Part shown: positions 40,473 through 52,066 of the stretch, piece by piece
How the letters are laid out: every line of letters starts with the position of its first letter
How positions within the stretch are numbered: position 1 is the first letter of the stretch
NCBI GenBank assembly: GCA_036337035.1
Contig: JAYZFC010000007.1
Span: 41,438-105,437, forward strand
Source of the DNA: Pseudomonadota bacterium
Lineage (GTDB): Bacteria > Pseudomonadota > Gammaproteobacteria > Steroidobacterales > Rariloculaceae
DNA length: 64,000 nucleotides
Reading direction: 5' to 3'
Made by a program: the position numbers and the translations under genes
Notes under the pieces: model-generated
What the model was told of the DNA's origin: nothing
The model's database searches: none
What the model saw: the letters and a program-made list of their open reading frames with translations, nothing else

Positions 40473-42026
40473 TTAATGTCTAAAGTGACGCTTATTTGTC
40501 AGGATCATAGATATATCATTCTCATTTGCGGCATCTACTACTTCTTGATCTCTTATAGATCCACCTGGTTGGATTATTGATTTGATACCATATTTATCAG
40601 CTAAGTCAATCCCATCTCTAAATGGAAAAAAAGCATCTGACGCCAATGAACAATTTTTACAATTAAAGCCCATTTCTTTAGCTTTTTTTACTGCAAGTTT
40701 GACGCTATCGATTCTACTCATTTGGCCTGCACCCACACCAATAACTTGTTGATTTTTAACAAGAACTATTGCATTGGATTTTACATATTTAACTATTTTC
40801 CACCCAAAAATTAAATCATCTTTCTCTTGTTTTGAAGGCTCTCTGATAGTTGATATAGTTAAATTTATTTTTTCTAGAGGCATAGAATTATCAGCTTCCT
40901 GAAGAAGATAGCCGCCACCTAAGGATTTTAAATGTGTATCAGATAAATAAGGTTCTCCTGTCTCTAGAACCCTTATTTTCTTTTTTTTATTTAGTATTTC
41001 TATAGCTTTTTTTTCTATTTCAGGTGCAATTATTACTTCTACGAATTGATTATTAATTATTTCTTGAGCCGTATTTGAATCTAGAGGGTTATTGAATGCA
41101 ATTATCCCTCCAAAAGCAGATATAGCGTCTGAATTATAAGCAAGTTGATATGCACTTAGATTTGATGAGGAAATAGCTGCTCCACATGGATTAGCATGCT
41201 TTACAATTACACAACCTATTTGCTCAAAGCTATTTACACATTCAAAAGCAGCTTGTGAGTCAACAAGGTTATTATATGATAGAGAATCTCCTTGAATTTG
41301 TTTTTTATAAAATAACATTTCTTTTTCATGTGTGTAGAAAGCTGCCTTCTGGTGAGGATTTTCTCCATATTTTAAATTATTATTTTTTTTAATAGATAAA
41401 TGTATTTCTTCCGGGTAGTTTTTATCTTTAGTAAAACTATTATTCAAGTAATTGCTAATATTTCCATCATATTTTGCTGTATGGTTAAAGGCCTCTAGTG
41501 CTAGTTTTTGTCTAAATTCTATATCATTTCGACCATTTTTAATTTCACTCAAGGTATTTGAATATTGTGAGGGGTTAACTACTACCATAGTCGATTTATA
41601 ATTTTTAGCTGCTGCTCGAATCATTGTTGGCCCCCCTATATCGATATTCTCAATAATTTCATTTAGAGAAGATTTAGGATCTAAAACTTTTTTCATAAAT
41701 GGATATAGGTTAACAACAACTAAGTCAATTTTATTGATTTCTAGTTGCTCCAGAATTTTATTATCTTCAGGTTGTCTAGCAAGTATACCGGCGTGAATAG
41801 TAGGATGAAGAGTTTTAACTCTACCACCCATAATTTCTGGAAAGTTTGTTTTTTCTGAAATATCTGTTACAGGTATACCTGAATTTTTTAATTCTTTTGA
41901 TGTTCCCCCTGTAGATATAATTTCAAAAGAGAGGCTAACTAATTGTTTTGCAAAATCTACTATACCGTCTTTATCAGAAACACTGATTAAAGCTAGATAT
42001 TTATTCTTTTGTTTATTGTTAGTCAC
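40473..42026 (-). CDS. purH: Bifunctional AICAR transformylase / IMP cyclohydrolase
   Basis: 517 aa. ALISVSDKDGIV, GGRVKTLHP and the C-terminal MILTNKRHFRH; the GTG start overlaps the fis stop (GTGA). Confidence 0.96.
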   Translation of the reverse strand: MTNNKQKNKYLALISVSDKDGIVDFAKQLVSLSFEIISTGGTSKELKNSGIPVTDISEKTNFPEIMGGRVKTLHPTIHAGILARQPEDNKILEQLEINKIDLVVVNLYPFMKKVLDPKSSLNEIIENIDIGGPTMIRAAAKNYKSTMVVVNPSQYSNTLSEIKNGRNDIEFRQKLALEAFNHTAKYDGNISNYLNNSFTKDKNYPEEIHLSIKKNNNLKYGENPHQKAAFYTHEKEMLFYKKQIQGDSLSYNNLVDSQAAFECVNSFEQIGCVIVKHANPCGAAISSSNLSAYQLAYNSDAISAFGGIIAFNNPLDSNTAQEIINNQFVEVIIAPEIEKKAIEILNKKKKIRVLETGEPYLSDTHLKSLGGGYLLQEADNSMPLEKINLTISTIREPSKQEKDDLIFGWKIVKYVKSNAIVLVKNQQVIGVGAGQMSRIDSVKLAVKKAKEMGFNCKNCSLASDAFFPFRDGIDLADKYGIKSIIQPGGSIRDQEVVDAANENDISMILTNKRHFRH

Positions 42027-42295
42027 TTAATATTATAATGTTTAAGTTTTTTTCTGAGTGTGCCCCTGCTGATTCCAAGGATATCTGCCGCATTACTTTG
42101 ATTTCCTTCAGAAAATTCCAAAATAGTTTTTAGCATTGGCTTTTCTATTTCTCCAAGAACCAATTGGTATATATTAGCTGGTTTGTAGCCGTTTAGACTA
42201 TTTAGATATTTTTTTATAGCCTTTTCTGTTTCTATGCTAAGAAATTGCTTATTAATATTTTTACCAGTTTTATTTTTCTTATCTTTTTGTACCAC
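42023..42295 (-). CDS. fis: Nucleoid-associated DNA-binding protein Fis
   Basis: 90 aa. C-terminal HTH GNQSNAADILGISRGTLRKKLKHYNIK; GTG start preceded by GGGAGG. Confidence 0.93.
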   Translation of the reverse strand: MVQKDKKNKTGKNINKQFLSIETEKAIKKYLNSLNGYKPANIYQLVLGEIEKPMLKTILEFSEGNQSNAADILGISRGTLRKKLKHYNIK

Positions 42296-42489
42296 AACGT
42301 TCCTCCCAGAACGTATTATCTAGGAATATGATTAATACTCAAAAAGAATAATTAATCTAACTTATGATTAGTCATATTAGATATAAATATATTCATATCC
42401 AATAATATCATCAAATAATATCAATAATAAGATTGATTTTTTATTTTTTATCTATTAAGAGGAAGAGCTATTAAGGAGCTGGATATTTT

Positions 42490-43833
42490 CTATTTAAGCC
42501 CAAGTCGTTTTTCTATATAGTGAATATCTGTTCCGCCTTTTTTGAATGCATCATGTTTAAATATCTCCTTATGTAATGGGATATTAGTTTTGATACCATC
42601 AATAATAGTCTCATTAAGAGCTGTACTCATTTGAGATAATGCAGATTCTCTATTTTCTGAATGTGATATTATTTTTCCAATCATAGAATCATAATTAGGA
42701 GGTACTGAATAGCCACTATAAATATGACTATCTACTCTAACCCCAGGTCCTCCAGGAGCATGCCACATAGATATTTTTCCTGGTGAGGGCATGAATGATT
42801 TGGGATCTTCCGCATTTATCCTGCATTCAAAAGCGTGCCCAGTCCAATTAATGTCTTTTTGTTGAAATGAAAGTTTATTGTCAGCAGCAATTAAAATCTG
42901 TTCCTTAACAATATCTTTTCCGGTTATCATCTCTGTTATTGGGTGCTCAACTTGAAGCCTAGTATTCATTTCTATGAAGTAGAACTCTCCATTTTCAAAT
43001 AGGAATTCAAAAGTACCAGCTCCTTGATAGCCAATTTCAATACATGCTTTAATACAAAGTTTACCTATTCTATCTATTTCTTTTCTGCTTATTCCAGGAG
43101 CAGGAGCTTCTTCTATAATTTTTTGATGCCTTCTTTGCATAGAACAATCTCTTTCTCCTAGATGAACTACATTACCAAATTTATCAGCTAGAACTTGGAT
43201 CTCTATATGTCTTGGAGATACTAGAAATTTTTCCATATAGACTTCATCATTTCCAAATGTTGCTAATGCTTCACTTTTAGTTACATCAATTGCTGTATGT
43301 AATGAGGCTTCAGTATTAACAACTCTCATTCCTCTGCCCCCACCTCCTTTTGCAGCTTTTATGATAATTGGGTAACCAATTTTTTTAGCTAAGGCAGAAT
43401 TTTTATTATTATTATTAGTCAGAGATCCTTCAGATCCAGGAACGCATGGAATTCCAGCAGAAAGCATCGCTTTTTTTGCTGATATTTTGTCACCCATCAT
43501 ATTTATTGTTTCAGATTTAGGACCAATGAAAATAAACCCACTTTCTTCTACTCTTTCTGCGAAATCTGAATTTTCTGATAGAAAGCCGTAGCCAGGATGA
43601 ATAGCAACTGAGTCTGTAACTTCAGCAGCAGCTATAATAGCAGGCATGTTTAGGTAGCTATCTGATGAAGGAGCTTTTCCGATACAGACTGCTTCATCTG
43701 CTAAGAGGACATGTTTTAAGTTTTTATCTACTTCGGAATATACAGCAACTGTTTTGATATTCAGTAATTGACATGCCCTAATTATGCGAAGAGCTATTTC
43801 TCCACGATTAGCTATTAGTACTTTATCAAGCAT
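42490..43833 (-). CDS. accC: Acetyl-CoA carboxylase biotin carboxylase subunit
   Basis: I prefer the ATG at 43833 ([17 protein letters not shown]), collinear with E. coli AccC; the listed ORF begins at an upstream TTG. Confidence 0.97.
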   Translation of the reverse strand: MLDKVLIANRGEIALRIIRACQLLNIKTVAVYSEVDKNLKHVLLADEAVCIGKAPSSDSYLNMPAIIAAAEVTDSVAIHPGYGFLSENSDFAERVEESGFIFIGPKSETINMMGDKISAKKAMLSAGIPCVPGSEGSLTNNNNKNSALAKKIGYPIIIKAAKGGGGRGMRVVNTEASLHTAIDVTKSEALATFGNDEVYMEKFLVSPRHIEIQVLADKFGNVVHLGERDCSMQRRHQKIIEEAPAPGISRKEIDRIGKLCIKACIEIGYQGAGTFEFLFENGEFYFIEMNTRLQVEHPITEMITGKDIVKEQILIAADNKLSFQQKDINWTGHAFECRINAEDPKSFMPSPGKISMWHAPGGPGVRVDSHIYSGYSVPPNYDSMIGKIISHSENRESALSQMSTALNETIIDGIKTNIPLHKEIFKHDAFKKGGTDIHYIEKRLGLK

Positions 43834-43837
43834 CTTT

Positions 43838-44281
43838 CTATAGTGGTTCAACTATGAATAAAACTTGACCAAACTCAACTGGGCTTCCATTTTCTGCGAG
43901 AATACTAACAACCTTACCTTTAGCTTCTGATTCTATCTGATTCATCATTTTCATTGCTTCTATGATACATAAGGTATCTCCAACATTAACATTACTTCCA
44001 ATACTCACATATGGTTTGCCTCCTGGATTAGGACTTTCATAGAAAACTCCCACCATAGGTGACTTGATCTCTATGCCGGTACTTGCAGATTGATTTTTTG
44101 TAGATTGCTGATCAATATTTTGATTTATTTGAATAGTTTCTTGCGACTTATTAGTAGTTTTTTCTTCTAAATCAGATTTTTTAGTTATTCTTATTGACTC
44201 TTCACCCTCAGAAATTTCTATTTCAGATAGAGAGGAGCTTTCTAATAACTCTATAAGTTTTTTTACTTTTCTTAAGTCCAT
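43838..44281 (-). CDS. accB: Biotin carboxyl carrier protein
   Basis: 147 aa with the biotinylation motif [12 protein letters not shown]. Confidence 0.95.
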   Translation of the reverse strand: MDLRKVKKLIELLESSSLSEIEISEGEESIRITKKSDLEEKTTNKSQETIQINQNIDQQSTKNQSASTGIEIKSPMVGVFYESPNPGGKPYVSIGSNVNVGDTLCIIEAMKMMNQIESEAKGKVVSILAENGSPVEFGQVLFIVEPL

Positions 44282-44299
44282 TATTGTTTAATCCTAGTT

Positions 44300-44740
44300 C
44301 TATTTTTTTAAGTAACTTTTAGCAGCAACAAGTGCAGCTTCATAGCTAGCCATACCAAATCCAGCAATTGTTCCAATAGCTATATCAGAAAAAAAAGATT
44401 TCTTTCTAAAGTCTTCCCTTTTATTAATATTAGAAATATGTACTTCAATGAAAGGTATTTGTATCGCAAGAAGAGCGTCTCTTATGGCAACACTAGTATG
44501 GGTAAATGCTGCTGGATTAAATATAATAATGTCGTATTCCTCGTCTTTTGATCTATGAATCGAATCTAAAATTTCATGCTCAGCATTACTTTGGATACAG
44601 GTTATATTATCACCAGCCTTATTACAGATTTCTTTGAGTGTTGTCTCTATTTCATCAAGAGTTATGTCGCCGTAGACATCCAGCTCTCTTTTTCCTAATA
44701 AATCTAAATTTGGACCATTAATTAGAAGAATTTTAGACAT
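44300..44740 (-). CDS. aroQ: 3-dehydroquinate dehydratase, type II
   Basis: 146 aa. LLINGPNLDLLGKRE and IIFNPAAFTHTS motifs. Confidence 0.95.
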   Translation of the reverse strand: MSKILLINGPNLDLLGKRELDVYGDITLDEIETTLKEICNKAGDNITCIQSNAEHEILDSIHRSKDEEYDIIIFNPAAFTHTSVAIRDALLAIQIPFIEVHISNINKREDFRKKSFFSDIAIGTIAGFGMASYEAALVAAKSYLKK

Positions 44741-44812
44741 GATTTCTCAAAATATAATATTTTAAAAGATTATATCGTATTTTAACTGAATTTAGAAGAA
44801 ATTATATTAGAT

Positions 44813-45367
44813 TTAGTTCAAATTCGAAGCTTCTCTTGAATAATGCATCTTTTCTAATCCTGACTTTAAATCTTCAGGCAGCAACTCACCTATATGAGTT
44901 TCAGTAATCATACCCTCTTTTGTAATAAAAAAGGTTAATGGAAGGGCAAACACATCAATTCCTAACATCTTTGCAACTCCAATTGCTTCAGATTGACCTA
45001 TTAAGATTGGATAATTAAAGCCTATATCATTGATAAAGTTTTTTACTGGTTCTAGCCTATCTACCGCTATACCAATAACCTGGGCTGAATCGTTTTGTAA
45101 TTGGTACTCTTTAAGTAAAGGTATTTCCCTTAAGCAAGGGGCACACCATGTAGCCCAAAAATTAATTATTAGATCTTGGCCTGCCCAATTACTAATTGAA
45201 ATTCTATTGCCTTCTATATCATTTAGCTCAAAATCTGACATTAATTTTACAGAATTGAAATTATTTTCTGATGATTTATTTTCTAGATAAATGTTTCGAT
45301 AGCCAAAATATAGAGTTAGTGCAATCACACTCAAGATCATTGGAATTATTGTAGCCCTATTTTTCAT
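44813..45367 (-). CDS. TlpA/ResA-like membrane-anchored thiol:disulfide oxidoreductase
   Basis: 184 aa. N-terminal TM anchor and the redoxin motif WATWCAPC; directly downstream of dsbD. Confidence 0.8.
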   Translation of the reverse strand: MKNRATIIPMILSVIALTLYFGYRNIYLENKSSENNFNSVKLMSDFELNDIEGNRISISNWAGQDLIINFWATWCAPCLREIPLLKEYQLQNDSAQVIGIAVDRLEPVKNFINDIGFNYPILIGQSEAIGVAKMLGIDVFALPLTFFITKEGMITETHIGELLPEDLKSGLEKMHYSREASNLN

Positions 45368-45370
45368 TAT

Positions 45371-47185
45371 TTATGTTTCTGTTAAATAGTTTAATCTTTG
45401 CATTAGTTGATCTTTAGAAATAAAACCTACAGTTCTTAAGTCACCAGCTTCTTCTCCGTTTTTATTATAAAAAAGAATTGTTGGTGGCCCAAAACTATTC
45501 AAGTATTTTAATAATTCTCTATCTGAGTCTGTATTGTCAGTTATATCTATCTGAAGCAACATTACTTCCTGAGATTTTTTGATAATTTCTTCATTAGAGA
45601 AAGTGTATCTTTCAATTTCTTTACAGGTAACACACCAGTCAGCAGTTAATTCTAGCATGACTGGCTTATCTATAGTTATTGCATTTTTTATATTTTCTTC
45701 TAGCTGTTCAATATTTTTAATAGAATAAAAATCAAGTTCATTTTCTTGGGGTGTATCTATCCTTTTGTTCCAAATTAATTCTGAGGGAAGAAATGGTCTT
45801 TGAGAGGATAATAAGAGATTGGCTATTACACTTAAAGAATATAAGCACACAGCTACCCCTAAGAAGAGTCCAGAGTAACTAGAAAATCTTTTTTTATTAA
45901 TATGTATTTTAGTAAGAAATATTCCTATAGAAAAAATTAATATAGACCATAACATTGTTGTTAAATTATCTGACATTATTCTTTCTAACATCCAAATAGC
46001 TAATGCTAAGATTAGGAACCCGAAGCATTTTTTAATGTAGGCCATCCAATATGACGATTTGGGTAAGAGTTTACCAGCTGAGGTTCCAATAATAATTAAA
46101 GGCGTTCCCATTCCTAGGCTTAAAAAAAATAGAGAAGTGGAGCCTTTTATCACATCTCCATTTTGGCTTATTACGGCGAGTGTTGCTACTAAGGGAGGAG
46201 CTATACATGTAGTTACAATTAAAGCTGATAGGGCTCCTATTAAAAAAGTACCGAACAATGTACCCTTTTTTTGATTATTAACAACATTATTGATATATAG
46301 ATTTAACTTATTTGGTAAAGTAATTTCAAAAAAATCAAACATACTTAATGCCAGCATTAAGAAACCCAATGAGAATGTAATTATAATCCATGGCTCTTGA
46401 AAGGCCGCTTGGAGTTGATATCCTAAAGTGGCAGCAATTGCACCACCTATTGTATATGTAAAGCACATACCCATTACATATGTAGAGGATAGGTAGAAGG
46501 CTTCAAAGGTCGAAACATTTTTTTTCTGACCAATAATGATTCCTGAGACGATAGGTATCAGAGGCAAAACGCAAGGAGTAAGGGAAAGAAGAAGGCCAAA
46601 ACCATAAAAAGTTAATAGAACGATCCAAATGGGACTATTAACTATCATTTGTTTTAATCTATCTTGCTCTGAGATTATTGGTCTTTCATATAGTGGCGTA
46701 TCAAATGAATATGTACTTGGTATAATTAAATCGATATTTTTTTCTATTGGGGGATAGCAAATACTATCTTTTTTACATCCTTGGTAATTAATTTGAAATG
46801 ATGCAATAAATTCTTCAGGAGTCACTCTAGAGAAAGGAATCTTGATTTCAGAATAATTATAGTACACTTCAACATTTCCAAAAAATTCATCATAATTAAG
46901 AATGGATGGAGAAAAAGATGGATTACCTAATTGGATTTGATTAGCAGATGAAAAAAAGAATTTATCTTTATATAAATAGTAACCTTCTTCAATATTCCAA
47001 AAAATAGTTAACTCATTTGCTTGAGTAACTCTTGCCTCCATCACGAATGCTTCTTCTGGATCAAGAATATTATTAGTTGGAGGAGTGAACAAGCTTTGTG
47101 AAAATGAAATACTACTCATCACAACAAAAAACAAGGAAAGGGATAAATTTAATTTAATTTTTATTAAATTTCTAGATAGAAACAT
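45371..47185 (-). CDS. dsbD: Thiol:disulfide interchange protein DsbD
   Basis: 604 aa. Periplasmic N-domain, polytopic core with LTPCVLP, and a C-terminal thioredoxin domain (WCVTCK). Confidence 0.9.
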   Translation of the reverse strand: MFLSRNLIKIKLNLSLSLFFVVMSSISFSQSLFTPPTNNILDPEEAFVMEARVTQANELTIFWNIEEGYYLYKDKFFFSSANQIQLGNPSFSPSILNYDEFFGNVEVYYNYSEIKIPFSRVTPEEFIASFQINYQGCKKDSICYPPIEKNIDLIIPSTYSFDTPLYERPIISEQDRLKQMIVNSPIWIVLLTFYGFGLLLSLTPCVLPLIPIVSGIIIGQKKNVSTFEAFYLSSTYVMGMCFTYTIGGAIAATLGYQLQAAFQEPWIIITFSLGFLMLALSMFDFFEITLPNKLNLYINNVVNNQKKGTLFGTFLIGALSALIVTTCIAPPLVATLAVISQNGDVIKGSTSLFFLSLGMGTPLIIIGTSAGKLLPKSSYWMAYIKKCFGFLILALAIWMLERIMSDNLTTMLWSILIFSIGIFLTKIHINKKRFSSYSGLFLGVAVCLYSLSVIANLLLSSQRPFLPSELIWNKRIDTPQENELDFYSIKNIEQLEENIKNAITIDKPVMLELTADWCVTCKEIERYTFSNEEIIKKSQEVMLLQIDITDNTDSDRELLKYLNSFGPPTILFYNKNGEEAGDLRTVGFISKDQLMQRLNYLTET

Positions 47186-47495
47186 TTTCTTCTACCCATT
47201 TTATATATTCAAGGGACCCATTTGAAATCGGTATTGCGATTACTTCAGGTAATTCATAACTAGACATTTTTTTTATTAACGCCTCAACTTCGACATATTT
47301 TTTTTCAAGAGTTTTAATTAGTAACAATGATTCTTGTTCATTATTAATTTTTGATTTCCATAAAAAATAGGAGTTAATTTTATCAAATATATTGACGCAC
47401 GCAGCAATATTATTCTGAGTAAGCTTCTCTGCTATCATTTTAGCTTCTTCTGGATTAGGACAGGTTGTGATAATAATTAGGGCTTTATTACTCAT
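47172..47495 (-). CDS. cutA: Divalent-cation tolerance protein CutA
   Basis: 107 aa. The CutA1 fold signature (AACVNI ... YELPEVIAIPI) and the cutA-dsbD adjacency, as in E. coli. Confidence 0.88.
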   Translation of the reverse strand: MSNKALIIITTCPNPEEAKMIAEKLTQNNIAACVNIFDKINSYFLWKSKINNEQESLLLIKTLEKKYVEVEALIKKMSSYELPEVIAIPISNGSLEYIKWVEENVSI

Positions 47496-47568
47496 TTTTT
47501 TGATTATCTATTAAATCTTTTTTCTAGTAGGTAGCTAATTTAACAGATTTATTGATTTTTTTTTGAAA

Positions 47569-47580
47569 TTACCCTTGAAA
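47569..47580 (+). promoter_or_regulatory. Sigma-32-type -35 element upstream of groES (-10 not resolved)
   Basis: ttaCCCTTGAAa matches the CCCTTGAA core of the sigma-32 -35 consensus. I found no convincing CCCCAT-type -10 at 13-15 nt spacing. Confidence 0.3.
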
Positions 47581-47601
47581 TATAAAAGATCATCATTATT
47601 A

Positions 47602-47628
47602 TTAGCAGTCTGAGTGGCTGAGTGCTAG
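47602..47628. promoter_or_regulatory. CIRCE inverted repeat (HrcA operator) in the groESL leader
   Basis: TTAGCAgTC-tgagtggct-GAGTGCTAg is 16/18 to the consensus. It lies 63 nt upstream of the groES ATG. Confidence 0.85.
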
Positions 47629-47691
47629 TAATATCTCAGCTATTTATTTTATTTTTATATTAATCAATAAGTTATAGAGGGAGACCTAGTA

Positions 47692-47982
47692 ATGAAAATT
47701 CGTCCCTTACAAGATCGTGTTGTAATAAGACGCACTGAGGAAGAGCGAACCTCTCCTGGAGGTATTGTTATCCCTGATTCTGCGACTGAAAAGCCAATTA
47801 AAGGTGAGGTAGTTGCAGTTGGGAATGGTAAAGCACTTGATAGCGGTTCATTAAGAGCAGTAGACCTAAAGGTTGGAGAAACTGTTTTGTTTGGAAAGTA
47901 TTCAGGTACAGAGGTAAAAGTTGATGGTGAAGAGCTGTTAGTCATGCGTGAAGAAGACGTTATGGCTGTCATAGAAAAGTAA
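47692..47982 (+). CDS. groES: Co-chaperonin GroES
   Basis: 96 aa, [14 protein letters not shown]...GGIVIPDSA, canonical GroES. Confidence 0.97.
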   Translation: MKIRPLQDRVVIRRTEEERTSPGGIVIPDSATEKPIKGEVVAVGNGKALDSGSLRAVDLKVGETVLFGKYSGTEVKVDGEELLVMREEDVMAVIEK

Positions 47983-48019
47983 CTCACCGTAGATTTTTTT
48001 ATTTTTTTAAAAAGTATAG

Positions 48020-49693
<1,674 letters not shown>

Positions 49694-49727
49694 TAAATCA
49701 AAGTCTTTTTTATTAGGTAAATTAAAA

Positions 49728-49753
49728 GCCCCGCTTTACGCGGGGTTTTTTTT
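49728..49753 (+). terminator. Rho-independent terminator after groEL
   Basis: CCCCGC-tttac-GCGGGG forms a 6-bp GC stem followed by T8, with an A4 tract upstream. Confidence 0.85.
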
Positions 49754-49805
49754 ATCTGTTCCTAATTAAGAAAGGGTTATAATAAATAAAAGATGGAGAA
49801 AAAAT

Positions 49806-50015
49806 GTGACTAAACCAACAGGATCTATTGAAGAGGACTTAATTATAGCAAACTCTAAAAACGAGTATGAGATATGTAATAAAGATTTACCACTTCATTG
49901 TCCATTGCCTGGTATGTATTTATGGAATTCCCATCCAAAAGTTTATCTACCAATAGAAGAGAACGGAAAAGCTATGTGCTCTTACTGCGGAGCTACCTTT
50001 ATTTTAAAAGATTAA
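49806..50015 (+). CDS. Small zinc-finger (CHCC-type) domain protein
   Basis: 69 aa. LHCPLP...HPKVYLP...CSYCGATF resembles the zf-CHCC / COG4391-type domain; GTG start after GGAG. Confidence 0.6.
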   Translation: MTKPTGSIEEDLIIANSKNEYEICNKDLPLHCPLPGMYLWNSHPKVYLPIEENGKAMCSYCGATFILKD

Positions 50016-50043
50016 TAGAACAATTTAGTATGGAATTAATAAA

Positions 50044-51054
50044 ATGATTATTGTTACAGGAGCTGCCGGTTTTATAGGAAGTAATCTAATAAGAGGGATT
50101 CGAACATTGAAGGGGTTCGAGAGCCATCCTCCCCAAATTAAAAAAAATATTATAGCTGTCGATGATTTAACTGAAGGTACAAAATTCAATAATTTATCTA
50201 ATTATGATATCGATGATTATTGGGATAAAGATTTACTTTTAAAAAATATCGAAGAGGATAGAATTAATTTTAAGGTTGATTGTGTCTTTCATCAAGGAGC
50301 ATGTACTGATACTCAAGAGCGTGATGAGTATTATATGATGGAGAATAATTATCGTTACTCAGTTACGTTGTTTGAGTGGTGTCAGCAGAAAAAAATCCCG
50401 TTTATTTATGCATCATCAGCAGCTATTTATGGCTCTAATACTGATTTATCAGAACCTAAGTCAGTTTTTAATGATAAACACAACTCTTATAAACCTCTTA
50501 ATATCTATGGGCACTCTAAACTTCTTTTTGATAAATATGTATCTAAAAAATTAAGTCTTAGCAAAAAGATTTCACAAGTTGTCGGTCTTAGATATTTTAA
50601 TGTATATGGACCTGGAGAAAGTCATAAAGGCAATATGGCAAGCGTAATATATCATTTTAATAAACAAGCTCTTAAAGATGGGGAAATACAGTTATTTAAA
50701 GGGAGTCATGGCTGGGAAGATGGCGAACATAGGAGAGACTTTGTTTATGTTGAAGATGTTGTTTCAGTAAATCTTTGGTTCTTAATAAATAAAGGTGTAT
50801 CAGGTATTTATAATGTTGGAACAGGTAATCAATGGTCATTTAATGAGGTAGCTGATGAGATATTTAAATGGCATGGTATAAAGCCAAATAAAAAATATAT
50901 TTCTTTTCCTGAAGGTTTAGAGTCAACTTATCAGGCGTATACACAGGCCAACATAGATAAATTAAAGGGCATGGGTTATGAGCAAGAATTTAAAAATATT
51001 GAGCAGGGAATAAAAAAATATTTAGATTATATTAATGGCCCCAAAAAATCATAA
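50044..51054 (+). CDS. hldD: ADP-L-glycero-D-manno-heptose 6-epimerase
   Basis: 336 aa. MIIVTGAAGFIGSN Rossmann start and YGHSKLLFD catalytic YxxxK, collinear with E. coli HldD apart from a short insertion after the first strand. Confidence 0.93.
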   Translation: MIIVTGAAGFIGSNLIRGIRTLKGFESHPPQIKKNIIAVDDLTEGTKFNNLSNYDIDDYWDKDLLLKNIEEDRINFKVDCVFHQGACTDTQERDEYYMMENNYRYSVTLFEWCQQKKIPFIYASSAAIYGSNTDLSEPKSVFNDKHNSYKPLNIYGHSKLLFDKYVSKKLSLSKKISQVVGLRYFNVYGPGESHKGNMASVIYHFNKQALKDGEIQLFKGSHGWEDGEHRRDFVYVEDVVSVNLWFLINKGVSGIYNVGTGNQWSFNEVADEIFKWHGIKPNKKYISFPEGLESTYQAYTQANIDKLKGMGYEQEFKNIEQGIKKYLDYINGPKKS

Positions 51055-52066
51055 AGAAAAAATATTAATTGTCGGTCCTTCTTGGATTGGAGACATGGTT
51101 ATGTCTCAATCTTTGTATAATCTACTAAAAACGAATTTAGCAGATTGTGAATTACATGTTTTAGCACCAAAATGGTCGAATTCAATAATAGAAAGAATTC
51201 CTGAAGTAACTAAAGTAATCAATCAACCAGTAGGTCATGGCGAATTAAAGTTAGGATTAAGGAGAAAGGTAGCTAAATCTTTAAAAAAAGAGAGATATTC
51301 AAGAGCAATAATTATTCCCCATTCTTTTAAGGCAGCCTTGATTCCTTTTTTTGCTAATATTCCAATAAGAACTGGGTTCCTAGGCGAGCTTCGATTTGGT
51401 TTAATTAATGATATCTGTAGATTTGATAATTCATTTCCAGATAGCACAATCAATCGGTATATTACCCAAGGATATAAAGTTTTAGATACCATAAATAAGG
51501 GCTTTCGAAATCCTATTCTTAGAGTTGACTCTGAAAAACAGAAACTTGTTTTACAGAGACTGGGTCTTGTTGATCAAAAAAAAGTAGTCATTTTAGCACC
51601 AGGTGCAGAGTATGGATTAGCTAAAAGATGGCCTATTGAATATTTCAAGGAATTAGCAGAAAGGTTAGATATTGATGGTTATAAGGTTTGGGTTATGGGC
51701 TCAGAGAAAGAAAAATATTTAGGTGATACTATTTTACAAGCAAACAAGAAAGGAAATATTATAAACTTATGTGGAAAAACTAGTTTAAGTGAGGTAATAG
51801 ATCTTCTAAACTATGCAAAAATTGTAGTTACTAATGATTCCGGTTTGATGCATGTTGCATCTGCAGTAAATACTCACATTATTGCCATTTATGGCTCTTC
51901 TTCTCCTAGCTTTACACCTCCATTAACAAAGAAAAAAACAATATTATATTTGGATATTGAATGTAGCCCTTGCTTTAAAAGAGAATGTTATTTAAGGCAT
52001 TTTAAATGTATGAAGAATATTAATGTAAGCCAAGTTTATGAGATTATTGCATCTGGCATAGATTAG
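51035..52066 (+). CDS. waaF: ADP-heptose:LPS heptosyltransferase II
   Basis: 343 aa. ILIVGPSWIGDMVMSQSLY and IIPHSFKAALIPFFANIPIRTG are collinear with E. coli WaaF. Confidence 0.9.
   Translation: MAPKNHKEKILIVGPSWIGDMVMSQSLYNLLKTNLADCELHVLAPKWSNSIIERIPEVTKVINQPVGHGELKLGLRRKVAKSLKKERYSRAIIIPHSFKAALIPFFANIPIRTGFLGELRFGLINDICRFDNSFPDSTINRYITQGYKVLDTINKGFRNPILRVDSEKQKLVLQRLGLVDQKKVVILAPGAEYGLAKRWPIEYFKELAERLDIDGYKVWVMGSEKEKYLGDTILQANKKGNIINLCGKTSLSEVIDLLNYAKIVVTNDSGLMHVASAVNTHIIAIYGSSSPSFTPPLTKKKTILYLDIECSPCFKRECYLRHFKCMKNINVSQVYEIIASGID

Noticed and set aside
42401-42423. Direct repeat AATAATATCA-tca-AATAATATCA upstream of fis
   Set aside because: It is a low-complexity A/T repeat in a very AT-rich spacer. 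It could be a UP-element or Fis site, but there is no support beyond a single 10-mer duplication.
47588-47600. Candidate sigma-32 -10 box (gatcatcattatt) downstream of the CCCTTGAA -35
   Set aside because: Only the CAT core matches CCCCATNT. The spacing from the -35 is 8-11 nt instead of 13-15, so it is not reported as a -10.
47664-47987. 107-aa ORF on the minus strand spanning the whole of groES
   Set aside because: It is an antisense shadow of a highly conserved gene, with a low-complexity Ser/Thr/Pro-rich translation and no RBS. groES on the plus strand explains the open frame.
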